Origin: an uncultured candidatus Porisulfidus sp.
GTDB lineage: Bacteria; Pseudomonadota; Gammaproteobacteria; Poriferisulfidales; Poriferisulfidaceae
Reading direction: 5' to 3'
Assembly (NCBI GenBank): GCA_965116025.1
Contig: OZ220480.1
Span: forward strand, 800,001 to 864,000
Length of the DNA: 64,000 nt
Of the stretch, positions 1-8,945 are shown one piece after another. A program made the translations under genes and the position numbers. Below the pieces are notes generated by a model. It searched no databases and was not told the DNA's origin. It worked only from the letters and a program-made list of their open reading frames with translations. Within the stretch, counting starts at the first letter, position 1, and the number at the start of each line of letters is the position of its first letter.

Positions 1-2
1 GA

Positions 3-785
3 GGAGATTCGGATCTGAAGGCGGATTCGAATGGTTGCGCGGCTGGCAATACGCTGGAAGAAGCTATTCTTCAGGGCTTCTTCGAATTGGTCGAGCGAGA
101 CGCCTTCGCGGTCTGGTGGTATAACCGGCTACGCCTGCCCGAGGTGAGCCTGGAGAGCTTCGATGACGAATATCTCTCGACCGCGCGCGCTCGCTACCAG
201 GGTTTCGGCCGGGAGATGTGGGTGCTGGACGCCACGCATGATCTCGGGATCCCGACTTTCGTCGCGGTCTCGAGGCGAACCGACAAGGAAACGGAAGACA
301 TCATCTACGGAGCGGGCGCGCATTCCGATCCGCATATCGCGGTCTCGCGCGCGGTATGCGAGCTGAATCAGTTTCTGAACTGGGCCCAAGGGTCGGAGCG
401 CGGCGGTTGCGGCCATGACGTAGACGATCCGATGTGTCTCTGGTGGTGGCGAAACGCGAAGCTCTCGGAGCATTCCTATTTGGCGCCGGATGGCGATTCC
501 ACCCAGCGTGGAAAATCGGACTATCCCGTCCCCGACACCACGGATGTCAGAGAGGATATCGAATGGTGCCGCGCCTTGGTCGAGAGCAAGGGCCTGGAGT
601 TTTTGGCGCTCGACCAGACTCGTCCCGATATCGGTATGCCGGTGGCGAGGGTCATCGTGCCCGGCCTGCGCCATTTTTGGGAGCGCTTCGCGCCCGGTCG
701 CCTGTTCGGCGTGCCGGTCGAGATGAAGTGGCGCGAAACTCCTCTCGCGGAAGCGGATCTAAACCCGGTCCCGGTTCTCGTGTGA
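3..785 (+). CDS. YcaO-family cyclodehydratase, C-terminal part (5'-partial at window edge)
   Basis: Frame is open from base 3 and reads DSNGCAAGNTLEEAILQGFFELVERD (YcaO ATP-binding motif), then RAVCELNQ and VIVPGLRHFW. The Pro-rich C-terminus NPVPVLV is typical of azoline-forming YcaOs. Confidence 0.93.
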   Translation, partial: GDSDLKADSNGCAAGNTLEEAILQGFFELVERDAFAVWWYNRLRLPEVSLESFDDEYLSTARARYQGFGREMWVLDATHDLGIPTFVAVSRRTDKETEDIIYGAGAHSDPHIAVSRAVCELNQFLNWAQGSERGGCGHDVDDPMCLWWWRNAKLSEHSYLAPDGDSTQRGKSDYPVPDTTDVREDIEWCRALVESKGLEFLALDQTRPDIGMPVARVIVPGLRHFWERFAPGRLFGVPVEMKWRETPLAEADLNPVPVLV

Positions 786-822
786 TGGGGCGCGGCGCCC
801 CGCGATCAGCTGGGCCGCATGC

Positions 823-1929
823 ATGAGCGTCGCCGAGCAATGGCCCAACACAGAGCGCCGCCTCCTTCGCGAGGCGGATTCCTTAGGGGCGTTGCTGGAA
901 CGGCTTCGAAAGCATGTCTCGCCCGTATTGATTGGCGACGAGGAGTGGGCCGGCGTGCTGGAGCGCGCTTATGAGTTGCCCGTGACGATGGCAGCCTTCC
1001 CTTTCGGCTTCGAGATTCCGTTAAGCGATTCTCGACCGAGAGCGGATCTGGGAGTCTCGCTCGTCGGCGGCAGTCAGTCGGCGGAATTTTTCGAGACGAG
1101 GGAGAAACTCGAGGATCGCGATCCGTCAGCCTCGGGCATCGCTTGGTTGCTACGCGAGATGAAGCCGGAAGACTCCCCATTGCGTCGCGTCGTCGGCCAG
1201 AAGATGCTGCTGGAATACGACATCGACAGGATGCCGGACGGGACGCCTCCGTCTCCAGGCGTCTTTCTGTATCCCGACGAGCGAGTTCTGGCTGGTGACG
1301 GCTCCGACCGGAATCTCCAAGGCTTGAGGACGGTGGCCGACGCCGTGGCTTCCGCGACGGGCCGGGAATTGAGCGAAGCCGAGCGTCGACGAATCGATCA
1401 GGTGTATCTGGCGATGAGGCCAGACACGGAAATGCGAGCGATCGGCGCCTTCCCGTCACGCGCGAAAGCCACTCGATTGACGGCCACGGGATTCCAGAAA
1501 GCCGAGGATGTCGCGGGGTTTCTGGAGCGCGCGAACTGGCCTGGACGGCGCGCGCTGGCGGCATCGACCATATCACGTTTCGAGCGCCGCGAGGCGTTTT
1601 CCTATATGGGAATCCACTGCGACGTGACGGAAAATGGCGTGGGCTCAAATCTCGGAGTAAGTTTTTTCGCCCAGGAAGGGCAGTGGCTCAAGGACATTCG
1701 GCATTGGACCCCTCTCATCGATGGCCTGCTCGCGGAGCGATTCTCGATCCCAGAGAAGTTGCCTGAGTTGTTCGCTTGGTCCGGCTCGACGGCTTTCTCC
1801 GGCGAATCTGGCTCGTTCGCGCTCGTGCGCGGCATCCACCACATCAAGCTGACGCTGGTCGATGATCGGGTCGAGCGCGTCAAGGCGTACGTTTTCTTCC
1901 TGATCTTCGCTTGGCCTTTGACCCAATAA
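823..1929 (+). CDS. RiPP-cluster hypothetical protein, possibly an ABBA-type (aromatic/peptide) prenyltransferase fold
   Basis: 368 aa directly downstream of YcaO. Motifs GFEIPL..RADLGV, LLEYD, and a C-terminal HHIKL...VKAY recall the K-x-Y strand motifs of ABBA prenyltransferases. Fold assignment is inference. Confidence 0.5.
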   Translation: MSVAEQWPNTERRLLREADSLGALLERLRKHVSPVLIGDEEWAGVLERAYELPVTMAAFPFGFEIPLSDSRPRADLGVSLVGGSQSAEFFETREKLEDRDPSASGIAWLLREMKPEDSPLRRVVGQKMLLEYDIDRMPDGTPPSPGVFLYPDERVLAGDGSDRNLQGLRTVADAVASATGRELSEAERRRIDQVYLAMRPDTEMRAIGAFPSRAKATRLTATGFQKAEDVAGFLERANWPGRRALAASTISRFERREAFSYMGIHCDVTENGVGSNLGVSFFAQEGQWLKDIRHWTPLIDGLLAERFSIPEKLPELFAWSGSTAFSGESGSFALVRGIHHIKLTLVDDRVERVKAYVFFLIFAWPLTQ

Positions 1930-2203
1930 GCGGGAACCCTTTCGAGAAACGCCCACGCGCGACAGGATCTTTACGGCCTCGCTGTCCACGCTCCTCGCGT
2001 TTTGAGGCGAGGCGGGCGAGCGTGTTGCCCTCGACCTCATGGGTGAGAACCAAAGAGACGGGCGGCCAAAGCACCCATTTCCCGGGGACAGCACCGAACA
2101 AGGCTTTCGGAGGCTGCCCGCGGCGTGAGCCGCAATGCTGTCCATGACGGATTGTATCGCACAGCCTCGCTCCTGACTTCGACGGTCCAATCGGTTTTCC
2201 CGT

Positions 2204-4100
2204 GTGCGCAACGAATTGGATCACGCGGAAGCCCTTCCTTCATATGTCATGCGCTCGCGTTCACGGCGGGCGTGGTCACGATTCGAGCGGCGGGTCGGGT
2301 GTGCCGCCCTAGAATTGGTGAATCCCACAGGGCGAAGGCGGGGCGTGAGGCGAACCCGCCGCCTGGACGACGAGCGCCGGCGGCTCGCCGCCGCCGGAAC
2401 GCTGGCCGAGGCCGCGCCCCGCTTCGACCGCCCGGCCCGCTCGGTCGCCGGCGGCGGCGTCCTCGCCGCCCTTCCCGCCCTGCTCCGGGAAGGACTGCTG
2501 GAGCCCGCCCGCCGCATGCTCCGCCTGCCCGACGGCTACTACGGACTGTCCGCCGTCCTGCTCACCTGCGCTTTCCTGACCCTCTCCCGCGCCCGCGCCC
2601 CCGAGGCCCTGCGCCACCAGGCGCCCGGAGAGTGGGGCCTCCCGCTCGGGCTCGACCGCTGCCCCGAGGTCAAGACCCTGCGCCAGAAGACGGCCCTGAT
2701 CGCCGATGCCGAGGAGACCGTCCACGCTTGGCAGAGCGCCTTGGCGCGCGCCTGGATGGAGGACGAGCGCGACGACTGGATGACCTTGGCCGTGGACGGC
2801 CACGTCAAGGTCTACCACGGACGAAAGGGGCGCTTGCCCAAGGGCTTCGTCTCGCGCCAGAAGCTGTGTCTGCCGGCGTCCGCCAGCTACTGGGTCAACG
2901 TCCTTGGCGGCAAGCCCCTGCTGTGCCTGCATAAGAAGCTGGACCCGAAGCTGACGCGCGCCCTGGAGGAGGACGTCCTGCCCGAGCTGGAGCGGATGGG
3001 GCGGGTGCCGGCGGACGCGCCGGACCTGCGCCAGGGCGGGCGCCCCGTGGCCACCCTGGTGTTCGACCGCGAGGGCTGGAGCCCGCAGCTGTTCGCGCGC
3101 CTGGCGCGCCGCGGCGTCGCCTGCGTGACGTGGCGCAAGGGCTCCCGGGAAGACGACTGGCCGCGCGCGGAGTTCCGCTCCCGCGCGGTTCCGGTTCACG
3201 GCCCGGTCGGGAGGGGCGGCTCGCTGACCGTCTCGCTGGCCGAACGCCGGGTCGAGCTGCGCGACGGCCTTCAGGTTCGGGAGATCCGCCGCCTGCTGGA
3301 GAGCGGGCGGCAGGCGGCGCTGATCACGACCCATCCGGACATGCCGACCGAGGAGGTCGCCGGCGCCATGTTCTCGCGCTGGTCGCAAGAGAACTTCTTC
3401 AAGTACATGCGCGAGGAGTTCCGGCTCGACGCCTTGCCGGAGCATGCCGTGGAGCCGCTCGACCCGGAGACCCGGGTGGTCAATCCCGAGCGGCGGGAGG
3501 CGCGGAAAGAAGTCGAGCGCATCAAGCGGAGGCTTCAGTCCGTCGAGACGCGGGTCCGCGGGAAGCGCGCGAAGGGAATGGACGCGACCGGGCTTGAGGC
3601 CGAGGCGCGCGCGCTTCGGAAGCGTCTTGAGGAAGAGACGCTCCGCCGCGACCGGCTACCCGCCCACGTGCGCGCCGGGGAGCTCCGTGAACTCTCCCTG
3701 TAGGCGTTTCCTCATTTCGCCCGCCCACGTGCGCGCCGGGGAGCTCCCGAAGGAGCGGCGGCTCGACGCCTTGCCGGTCGCCCGGCGCCTGTTCGCCGAT
3801 CTCATCCGCATGATCTGCTACCGCGCCGAGACCCGCATGATGGCGGCCTCGGTCGCGGCGCCGGGGCGGAAGCCCCTGACGCGCAAAGCGCTCGCCGCCC
3901 TGATGCGGGCCGACGCCCATCTCCGGCCCGACCCGGAGCGCGGCGTCCTTGAGGTCGAGTTGCTCGGCTTCGCCAACGCCGCCGCCGAGCGAGCCCTCCG
4001 CCCGCTGCTCGACGAGCTCAATCGAACCGAAACCCGCTACCCCGGAACCGACCTCCGGCTCGTCTATCGCGTCGCCGACGAACCGTCCGAAGAGCGATAA
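2204..4100 (+). pseudogene. Large DDE-type transposase, split by a 61-bp insertion and probably 5'-truncated
   Basis: ORF 2204-3703 has LAVDGHVKVYHG, LVFDREGWS and MFSRWSQENFFKYM. It continues in the +1 frame to 4100. PAHVRAGEL occurs in both frames, and removing 61 bp fuses them. Confidence 0.88.
3659..3747. repeat. 28-bp exact direct repeat flanking a 33-bp unique insert (single repeat-spacer-repeat unit)
   Basis: cccgcccacgtgcgcgccggggagctcc at 3659-3686 and 3720-3747; insert gtgaactctccctgtaggcgtttcctcatttcg at 3687-3719. Confidence 0.95.
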
Positions 4101-4137
4101 CGCGTCATCCTATAATGCACTAGGTCAGGATGTCTGA
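4098..4137 (+). mobile_element. Right end / terminal inverted repeat of the IS, containing an outward TATAAT
   Basis: ...tataatgcactaggtcaggatgtctga. A near-identical end lies at 50614-50641, where it pairs with a left IR tcagacatcttgatct. Confidence 0.75.
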
Positions 4138-4206
4138 AATGAGGGCGTGTAAGATAAATTACACGGGCGCGGCTCGCGCAACGAAATTGTCAAGGAGGAT
4201 GACGGC

Positions 4207-5643
4207 ATGGCTAGAACGATATGGATAAAAGGCGTGAAGTACACGGTCGGATATTCAACTAAGGGAACAGAAGGGGATGACGAGTTCGATGCGGGAGCAG
4301 CGTACTTCGTTTTTGGCTACGGCGGCGATGACATTATCTATGGTAGGTACAACGATTATATATGGGGGGGCGAAGGCAACGATACGATTTACGCGGCGGG
4401 CAAGTCTCAAAAGCCTTTAGGGACGAGTACTTACGATGCTGGAGGCGTGATATCTGGCGGTAATGGCAATGACAAACTTTACGGGGGGAGTTCCATAACT
4501 GGCGGGCCGGGGAACGACCTGATGCGGAGTTACGATTCATCTGCCAAGATGAGCGGCGGTGAAGGTGATGACACGATGCATGGCGGTAAAGGCGATGACA
4601 CGATGCATGGCGGTGAAGGTAAAGACACGATGAAGGGTGGCCTAGGCGATGACACGATGAATGGCGGCAAGGGCAAAGACTGGATGAAGGGCGGTGAAGG
4701 CAACGACCAGATGCAGGGCGGTGAAGGTAAAGACATAATCTTCGGCGGTGCGGGCGATGACCTGATCTTCGGAGATCGTATGCTAATCAAGACCATGTCG
4801 GTAGGCAGACCGAGCGAGTGGCAACATAGAGATGTCATATATAGAAACTTCAGCGAAAAAATCGGGGAGTGGATATACGAAGACGAGAAGTGGATATACG
4901 AAGAAGGGGAGTTTAGACACCAAGACGGATCAACACCGCTCCCTGAAGGGATGCATCGAATCTACGAAGGGGGAAATTACCCATACCCGAAACAGCCCGA
5001 TGGTGCGGCTGATATCCTGCATGGCGGTAAAGGCAATGACACGATGATTGGCGGCCCAGGCGCCGACACGATGAATGGCGGTAAAGGCGAGGACACGATG
5101 AATGGCGGCCCAGGTGCCGACACGATGAATGGCGGCAAGGGCAATGACCGGATGGAAGGCGGCCTAGGCGATGACACGATGGATGGCGGCGCGGGCAAAG
5201 ACCGGATGGATGGCGGCCTAGGCGATGACACGATGGATGGCGGCGCGGGCAATGACCGGATGGAAGGCGGCCTAGGCGATGACACGATGGATGGCGGCGC
5301 GGGCAATGACCGGATGGAAGGCGGCCTAGGCGATGACACGATGGATGGCGGCGCGGGCAATGACACGCTATTTGGCGGCAAGGGCGATGATCGCTTTGTC
5401 TTCGGCCCGAATAGTGGACACGATACGATTTATGATTATGAAGACAAGGAAATGATCGTGTTCGCGTCCGAGTTGGGCTTGAGTTTTGAGGACTTGATAA
5501 TCAAGGATGAAACAGACCCTATCTACCAGGGAGCGGCAGAGCCTTTTGTAAGAATAACCGGCTCGCATGCAAATGACTGGAGCGTGACGCTGGTCGGCGT
5601 AGCTTCGGACTTGACCGAATCGGACTTTGATTTTCTAGGATGA
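4207..5643 (+). CDS. RTX-type (hemolysin-like) calcium-binding repeat protein, probable type I secretion substrate
   Basis: RBS aaggagg, many GGxGxDxM/L nonapeptides in two blocks, and a C-terminal GHDTIYDY...LTESDFDF tail typical of T1SS cargo. Confidence 0.92.
   Translation: MARTIWIKGVKYTVGYSTKGTEGDDEFDAGAAYFVFGYGGDDIIYGRYNDYIWGGEGNDTIYAAGKSQKPLGTSTYDAGGVISGGNGNDKLYGGSSITGGPGNDLMRSYDSSAKMSGGEGDDTMHGGKGDDTMHGGEGKDTMKGGLGDDTMNGGKGKDWMKGGEGNDQMQGGEGKDIIFGGAGDDLIFGDRMLIKTMSVGRPSEWQHRDVIYRNFSEKIGEWIYEDEKWIYEEGEFRHQDGSTPLPEGMHRIYEGGNYPYPKQPDGAADILHGGKGNDTMIGGPGADTMNGGKGEDTMNGGPGADTMNGGKGNDRMEGGLGDDTMDGGAGKDRMDGGLGDDTMDGGAGNDRMEGGLGDDTMDGGAGNDRMEGGLGDDTMDGGAGNDTLFGGKGDDRFVFGPNSGHDTIYDYEDKEMIVFASELGLSFEDLIIKDETDPIYQGAAEPFVRITGSHANDWSVTLVGVASDLTESDFDFLG
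5146..5361 (+). repeat. Four near-identical 54-bp tandem repeats in the RTX gene
   Basis: gaccggatgga... recurs at 5146, 5200, 5254 and 5308, encoding DRMEGGLGDDTMDGGAGN. Confidence 0.9.
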
Positions 5644-5957
5644 GGCTCGCGCTGTTCGCGCTGGCGTTCTGTCTCGCGGGGAGCGCGGCGGCGGCGCCAC
5701 CGGAGTTTTGCCGCCAGCACGAGTTTGGCGACAGCCGACCCTATTTTGAATACGCCATGGGCTTCTTTTGGGGGCGTAAAGCAGGATGGGACGTTACTAG
5801 GAATATCGAGTATTGGAACCTATTTGTGGCTACATTTGATTCTGACTTAAAGGACGAGGACGGCATGACAAGGAATGGAGACGCTTGCACACTGCTTGGA
5901 AGGATGGACGGCTTTGTACAAGGATGGCGCGACCGCAAGGAGTTGCTAGGCGAATAG
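5640..5957 (+). CDS. Small exported hypothetical protein
   Basis: ATGA overlap with the RTX stop; signal peptide MRLALFALAFCLAGSAAA. Confidence 0.7.
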   Translation: MRLALFALAFCLAGSAAAAPPEFCRQHEFGDSRPYFEYAMGFFWGRKAGWDVTRNIEYWNLFVATFDSDLKDEDGMTRNGDACTLLGRMDGFVQGWRDRKELLGE

Positions 5958-6545
5958 CCCGGAAGTGGAAATTCCGCCCTAGTGGAAAGTGGAAATCGCG
6001 CCCTAGCGTCGGGTGCCCTGTCGGCTTGATTGATGCCCCGTGTAGTGGTGCGCGGCGGGCCTGGGATATGCAAACATTTTTGATTGGCTCGAAAGTGGAG
6101 CGGGGGTGGGGAATTGGCTCGCGGCTACGCTATTGACTGATAGGCCGCGAGCGTCTAGGATGGCGGGCATGGCAACGATTGACATTCGCATACCTGGTTC
6201 CACCGCGCTATCGAGCCTCGCGGAGAATGGGCTGGGCTTCACCCCGTCGGGAGGGAGGCCGCGCAAGAGCGCGGACGGGCGCGTTAGCGTCCAGCGTCTG
6301 AGATACCGATCTCAGACGCCATGGCGACATCACGCCTAAAAGGACTTGCCCGCGACACGGCGGGCTGGATAGAGACCCTCGAAGTACCTGAAGGCCCCGG
6401 ACGCGGGGAGCGGGTCACTTTACGCGCTTGGCAGCGCGAGTTCCTACGCGGGGCACTCGCGCCCGACACTCGGATAGCCGCCGTGAGCATGGCTCGCGGA
6501 GCGGGCAAGAGTACGACCTGCGCGGCATTGGCCGCCGCCGCCCTA

Positions 6546-7710
6546 GTGTAGTGTAATCTAATTAGAGATATTTATACTTGCTTGGCGCGGAGGGGCGCCA
6601 GCTTGTCCAGGATCTGCTCGGGCGTCTTGCTCCACGAGAACGGCTTCGGGTCGGCGTTGTGATGATCCAGAAAATCGTGGATCGCCCGGGTCAGCTCCCG
6701 CACGCTTCGGAACACCCCCCGCCGCACGCGCCGCTCCGTCAGCTCCCGGAAGAACCGCTCCACCAGGTTCAGCCAGGACGCCGAGGTCGGCGTGAAGTGG
6801 ACGTGGAAACGCGGCCGCCGCGCGAACCATTCCCTCACCTTGCGATGCTTGTGGGTGGCGTAGTTGTCCACGATCAGGTGGACCTCCAGCTCCTTCGGGA
6901 CATGCCCGTCGATCTCCCGCAGGAAGCGCAGGAACTCGACATGCCGATGGCGCTGGTAGCAACGCCCGAGCACCGTGCCGTCCACGGCGTTCAGGGCCGC
7001 GAACAAGGTGGTGGTCCCGTGCCGCTTGTAGTCGTGCGTCATGGTTCCGGCGCGCCCCTTCTTCATCGGCAATCCGGGCTGGGTGCGATCCAGCGCCTGG
7101 ATCTGCGACTTCTCGTCGACGCACAGGACCAAGGCATGCTCAGGCGGGTCCAGATACAGCCCGACGACGTCGCGCAGCTTCTCGACGAAGCGCTCGTCGG
7201 TGGACAGCTTGAACGTTTGGACCAGATGCGGCTTCAGCCCGTGCGCGCGCCAGATCTTGTGAACGGTGGCGTGGCTCACCCCGGCGTGCTGAGCCATGCC
7301 ACGGGTCGACCAATGCGTGGCCTGTTCGGGAGCGTCATGCAGGGTGTCCTCGACGATGCGCTTGACCACGTCGTCGCCGTAGGTCCGCTTGCGCCCTCGC
7401 CCAGGACGGTCGGACAGCCCGGCCAGGCGCCGCTCGGCGAAGCGGTTCCTCCACTTCGCCACCGTGCTGGCGCTCGCGTCCAGTTGATCGGCGATGTCGA
7501 TGGTGCGCCGGCCCTCGGCGGCGAGCAGCACGACGCGAGCGCGAAACGCGTCGCGAACGCTGGAGAGGCTCGAGCGAGCCGTCTCGCTCAGGGCGGCGAG
7601 CTCCTCGGCGCTGAGCTCGATGGGAATGGCGCGGCGCATGCGATTCTCCTCCTGATCGCGGCAATCCGGCGAAGTGTAGCATAAATATATATTATTGACG
7701 TACACTACAC
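6546..7710 (-). mobile_element. IS630-family insertion sequence
   Basis: Terminal inverted repeats gtgtagtgta / tacactacac, flanked by a duplicated TA target (6544-6545 and 7711-7712). Confidence 0.93.
6572..7639 (-). CDS. IS630 transposase (intact)
   Basis: VDEKSQIQALDRTQP, THDYKRHGTTTLFAAL, DNYATHK and PTSASWLNLVERFF motifs; RBS aggagg before the ATG at 7639. Confidence 0.95.
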   Translation of the reverse strand: MRRAIPIELSAEELAALSETARSSLSSVRDAFRARVVLLAAEGRRTIDIADQLDASASTVAKWRNRFAERRLAGLSDRPGRGRKRTYGDDVVKRIVEDTLHDAPEQATHWSTRGMAQHAGVSHATVHKIWRAHGLKPHLVQTFKLSTDERFVEKLRDVVGLYLDPPEHALVLCVDEKSQIQALDRTQPGLPMKKGRAGTMTHDYKRHGTTTLFAALNAVDGTVLGRCYQRHRHVEFLRFLREIDGHVPKELEVHLIVDNYATHKHRKVREWFARRPRFHVHFTPTSASWLNLVERFFRELTERRVRRGVFRSVRELTRAIHDFLDHHNADPKPFSWSKTPEQILDKLAPLRAKQV

Positions 7711-8734
7711 TAGTTGGGCCGCTCGCTCAGTCCTGATCGAGCGTCCTGGTGGTGGCGGCCAGTTTCGCGCAGGCCGTCCGAACGGGCGGGCTGGCGCGCG
7801 ATTTCTTGGCGCCGTTCATCGAGCGCGACCGGAAGGCGTGGCGCATCCAGGACAGCGCCAACAGGTTCGAGCTGGAGTATTTGCCCGCCGGCATTCGCCT
7901 GCGGTGTTGCGGAACGAATCCCCGGACGCTTCACGGGCTGGCCCCGGCCCTGTCGATCCTTGATGAGGCCGCCCAGTGGCAGGTCAACGAGAGCGAGCGG
8001 CTGTGGAACGCGATCTTGACCGCGAGCGGCAAGCAGGGGGCTAGCCGCATTCTGGCCATATCGACGGCGCCGACCCGTCGGGATCATTGGATGTCGCGCC
8101 TGCTCCGCGAGGGCGGGCCGGGGATCTGGACGCGGCTGTATCAGGCGAAGGATGACGCGCTGACCTGGGCGAACGTGAAGCGGGCCAATCCCGGCCTGTC
8201 GAGCGCTCCGACGCTGGCCGCCGCGATCCGCGCGGAGCTGGAACACGCCCGGCGGGATGAGGCGTCGGCGCATGGCTTCCGGGCGTACCGGCTGAATCTC
8301 GGAACCAGCGAGCAGGGGCGGCAATTTCTGATCGACGCGAACACGTGGGCGGCGTTGCCGCTCGGCTCGGAGCGCGAGGGGGAGCCGATCTGGGGCGTGG
8401 ACATGGGCGGGGGGCAATCTTGGAGCGCCTGCGCGGCGTACTGGCCGGACACGGGCTTGCTCGATTGCATGGCGGTGGTCGGCTCCGACCCGACGCTGGA
8501 CGCGCGGGAGCGGGCCGACCGGGTGGAGTCCGGACTCTACCTGACCATGCGCCGCCGGGGGGAGCTGGCGATCATCGAGGGCAAGCGCGTTCCCGACCCG
8601 CTCGACCTGCTCCGGCTCGCGCTGGAGCGCTACGGGGAGCCGCAGGCGATCGTGGCGGATCGCTACCGCTTGCAGGAGCTGGCGGACGCGGTGGACGCGC
8701 TCGGACTTCGCCCGGCTCCGGTGAAGCGGGGGAT

Positions 8735-8758
8735 GGGGGGGGGGGGGGGGGGGGGGGG
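8735..8758. repeat. G24 homopolymer at a sequence junction
   Basis: 24 consecutive G between the terminase and the IS4-like remnant. Confidence 0.9.
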
Positions 8759-8945
8759 ACTAAGGCCGATCTTCTCGGGGAGCTCCTCAAGGAGCGTGTC
8801 GCGTCCAGCTGGGGGCAGGTCAAGCCCCACGGCGTCAAGCGAAAGGCGAGTTCCTACCTTATTCAGGCGCATGGGCATCTGTCCCGCCAGGTCCGCGACT
8901 GGACCCCCCAATTATGCCCAATTCCGTCTTAAAGCAACAGTATCG
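8759..8945 (+). mobile_element. IS4-family remnant (transposase C-terminus and right end)
   Basis: Reads LLGELLKERVASSWGQVKPHGVKRKASSY...stop, resembling the IS4 C-terminal PRxVKRKxSxY motif. It is followed by cttaaagcaacagtatcg, which resembles IS4-type ends (...AACAGTATTG). Confidence 0.6.

Larger units (their letters stand above)
6321..8758 (+). pseudogene. Phage terminase large subunit, interrupted by IS630, with an in-frame stop and 3' truncation
   Basis: 6321-6545 encodes LRAWQREFL...SMARGAGKST (adenine-binding motif and Walker A). After removing the IS, the frame resumes at 7713 with TGA at 7734-7736, then SILDEAA (Walker B), FRAYRLN, WGVDMGG and IVADRY (nuclease domain). It ends at a poly-G tract. 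Confidence 0.85.

Noticed and set aside
3659-3747. Calling this a functional CRISPR array
   Set aside because: It has only two repeats, lies inside a coding sequence, and has no leader or cas genes in the window. Reported as a probable ectopic integration instead.
7734-7736. TGA recoding (alternative genetic code) suggested by in-frame TGAs here and at 34674
   Set aside because: Neighbouring genes use TGA as a true stop with ATGA coupling, and the terminase is independently broken. Nonsense mutation is the simpler explanation.
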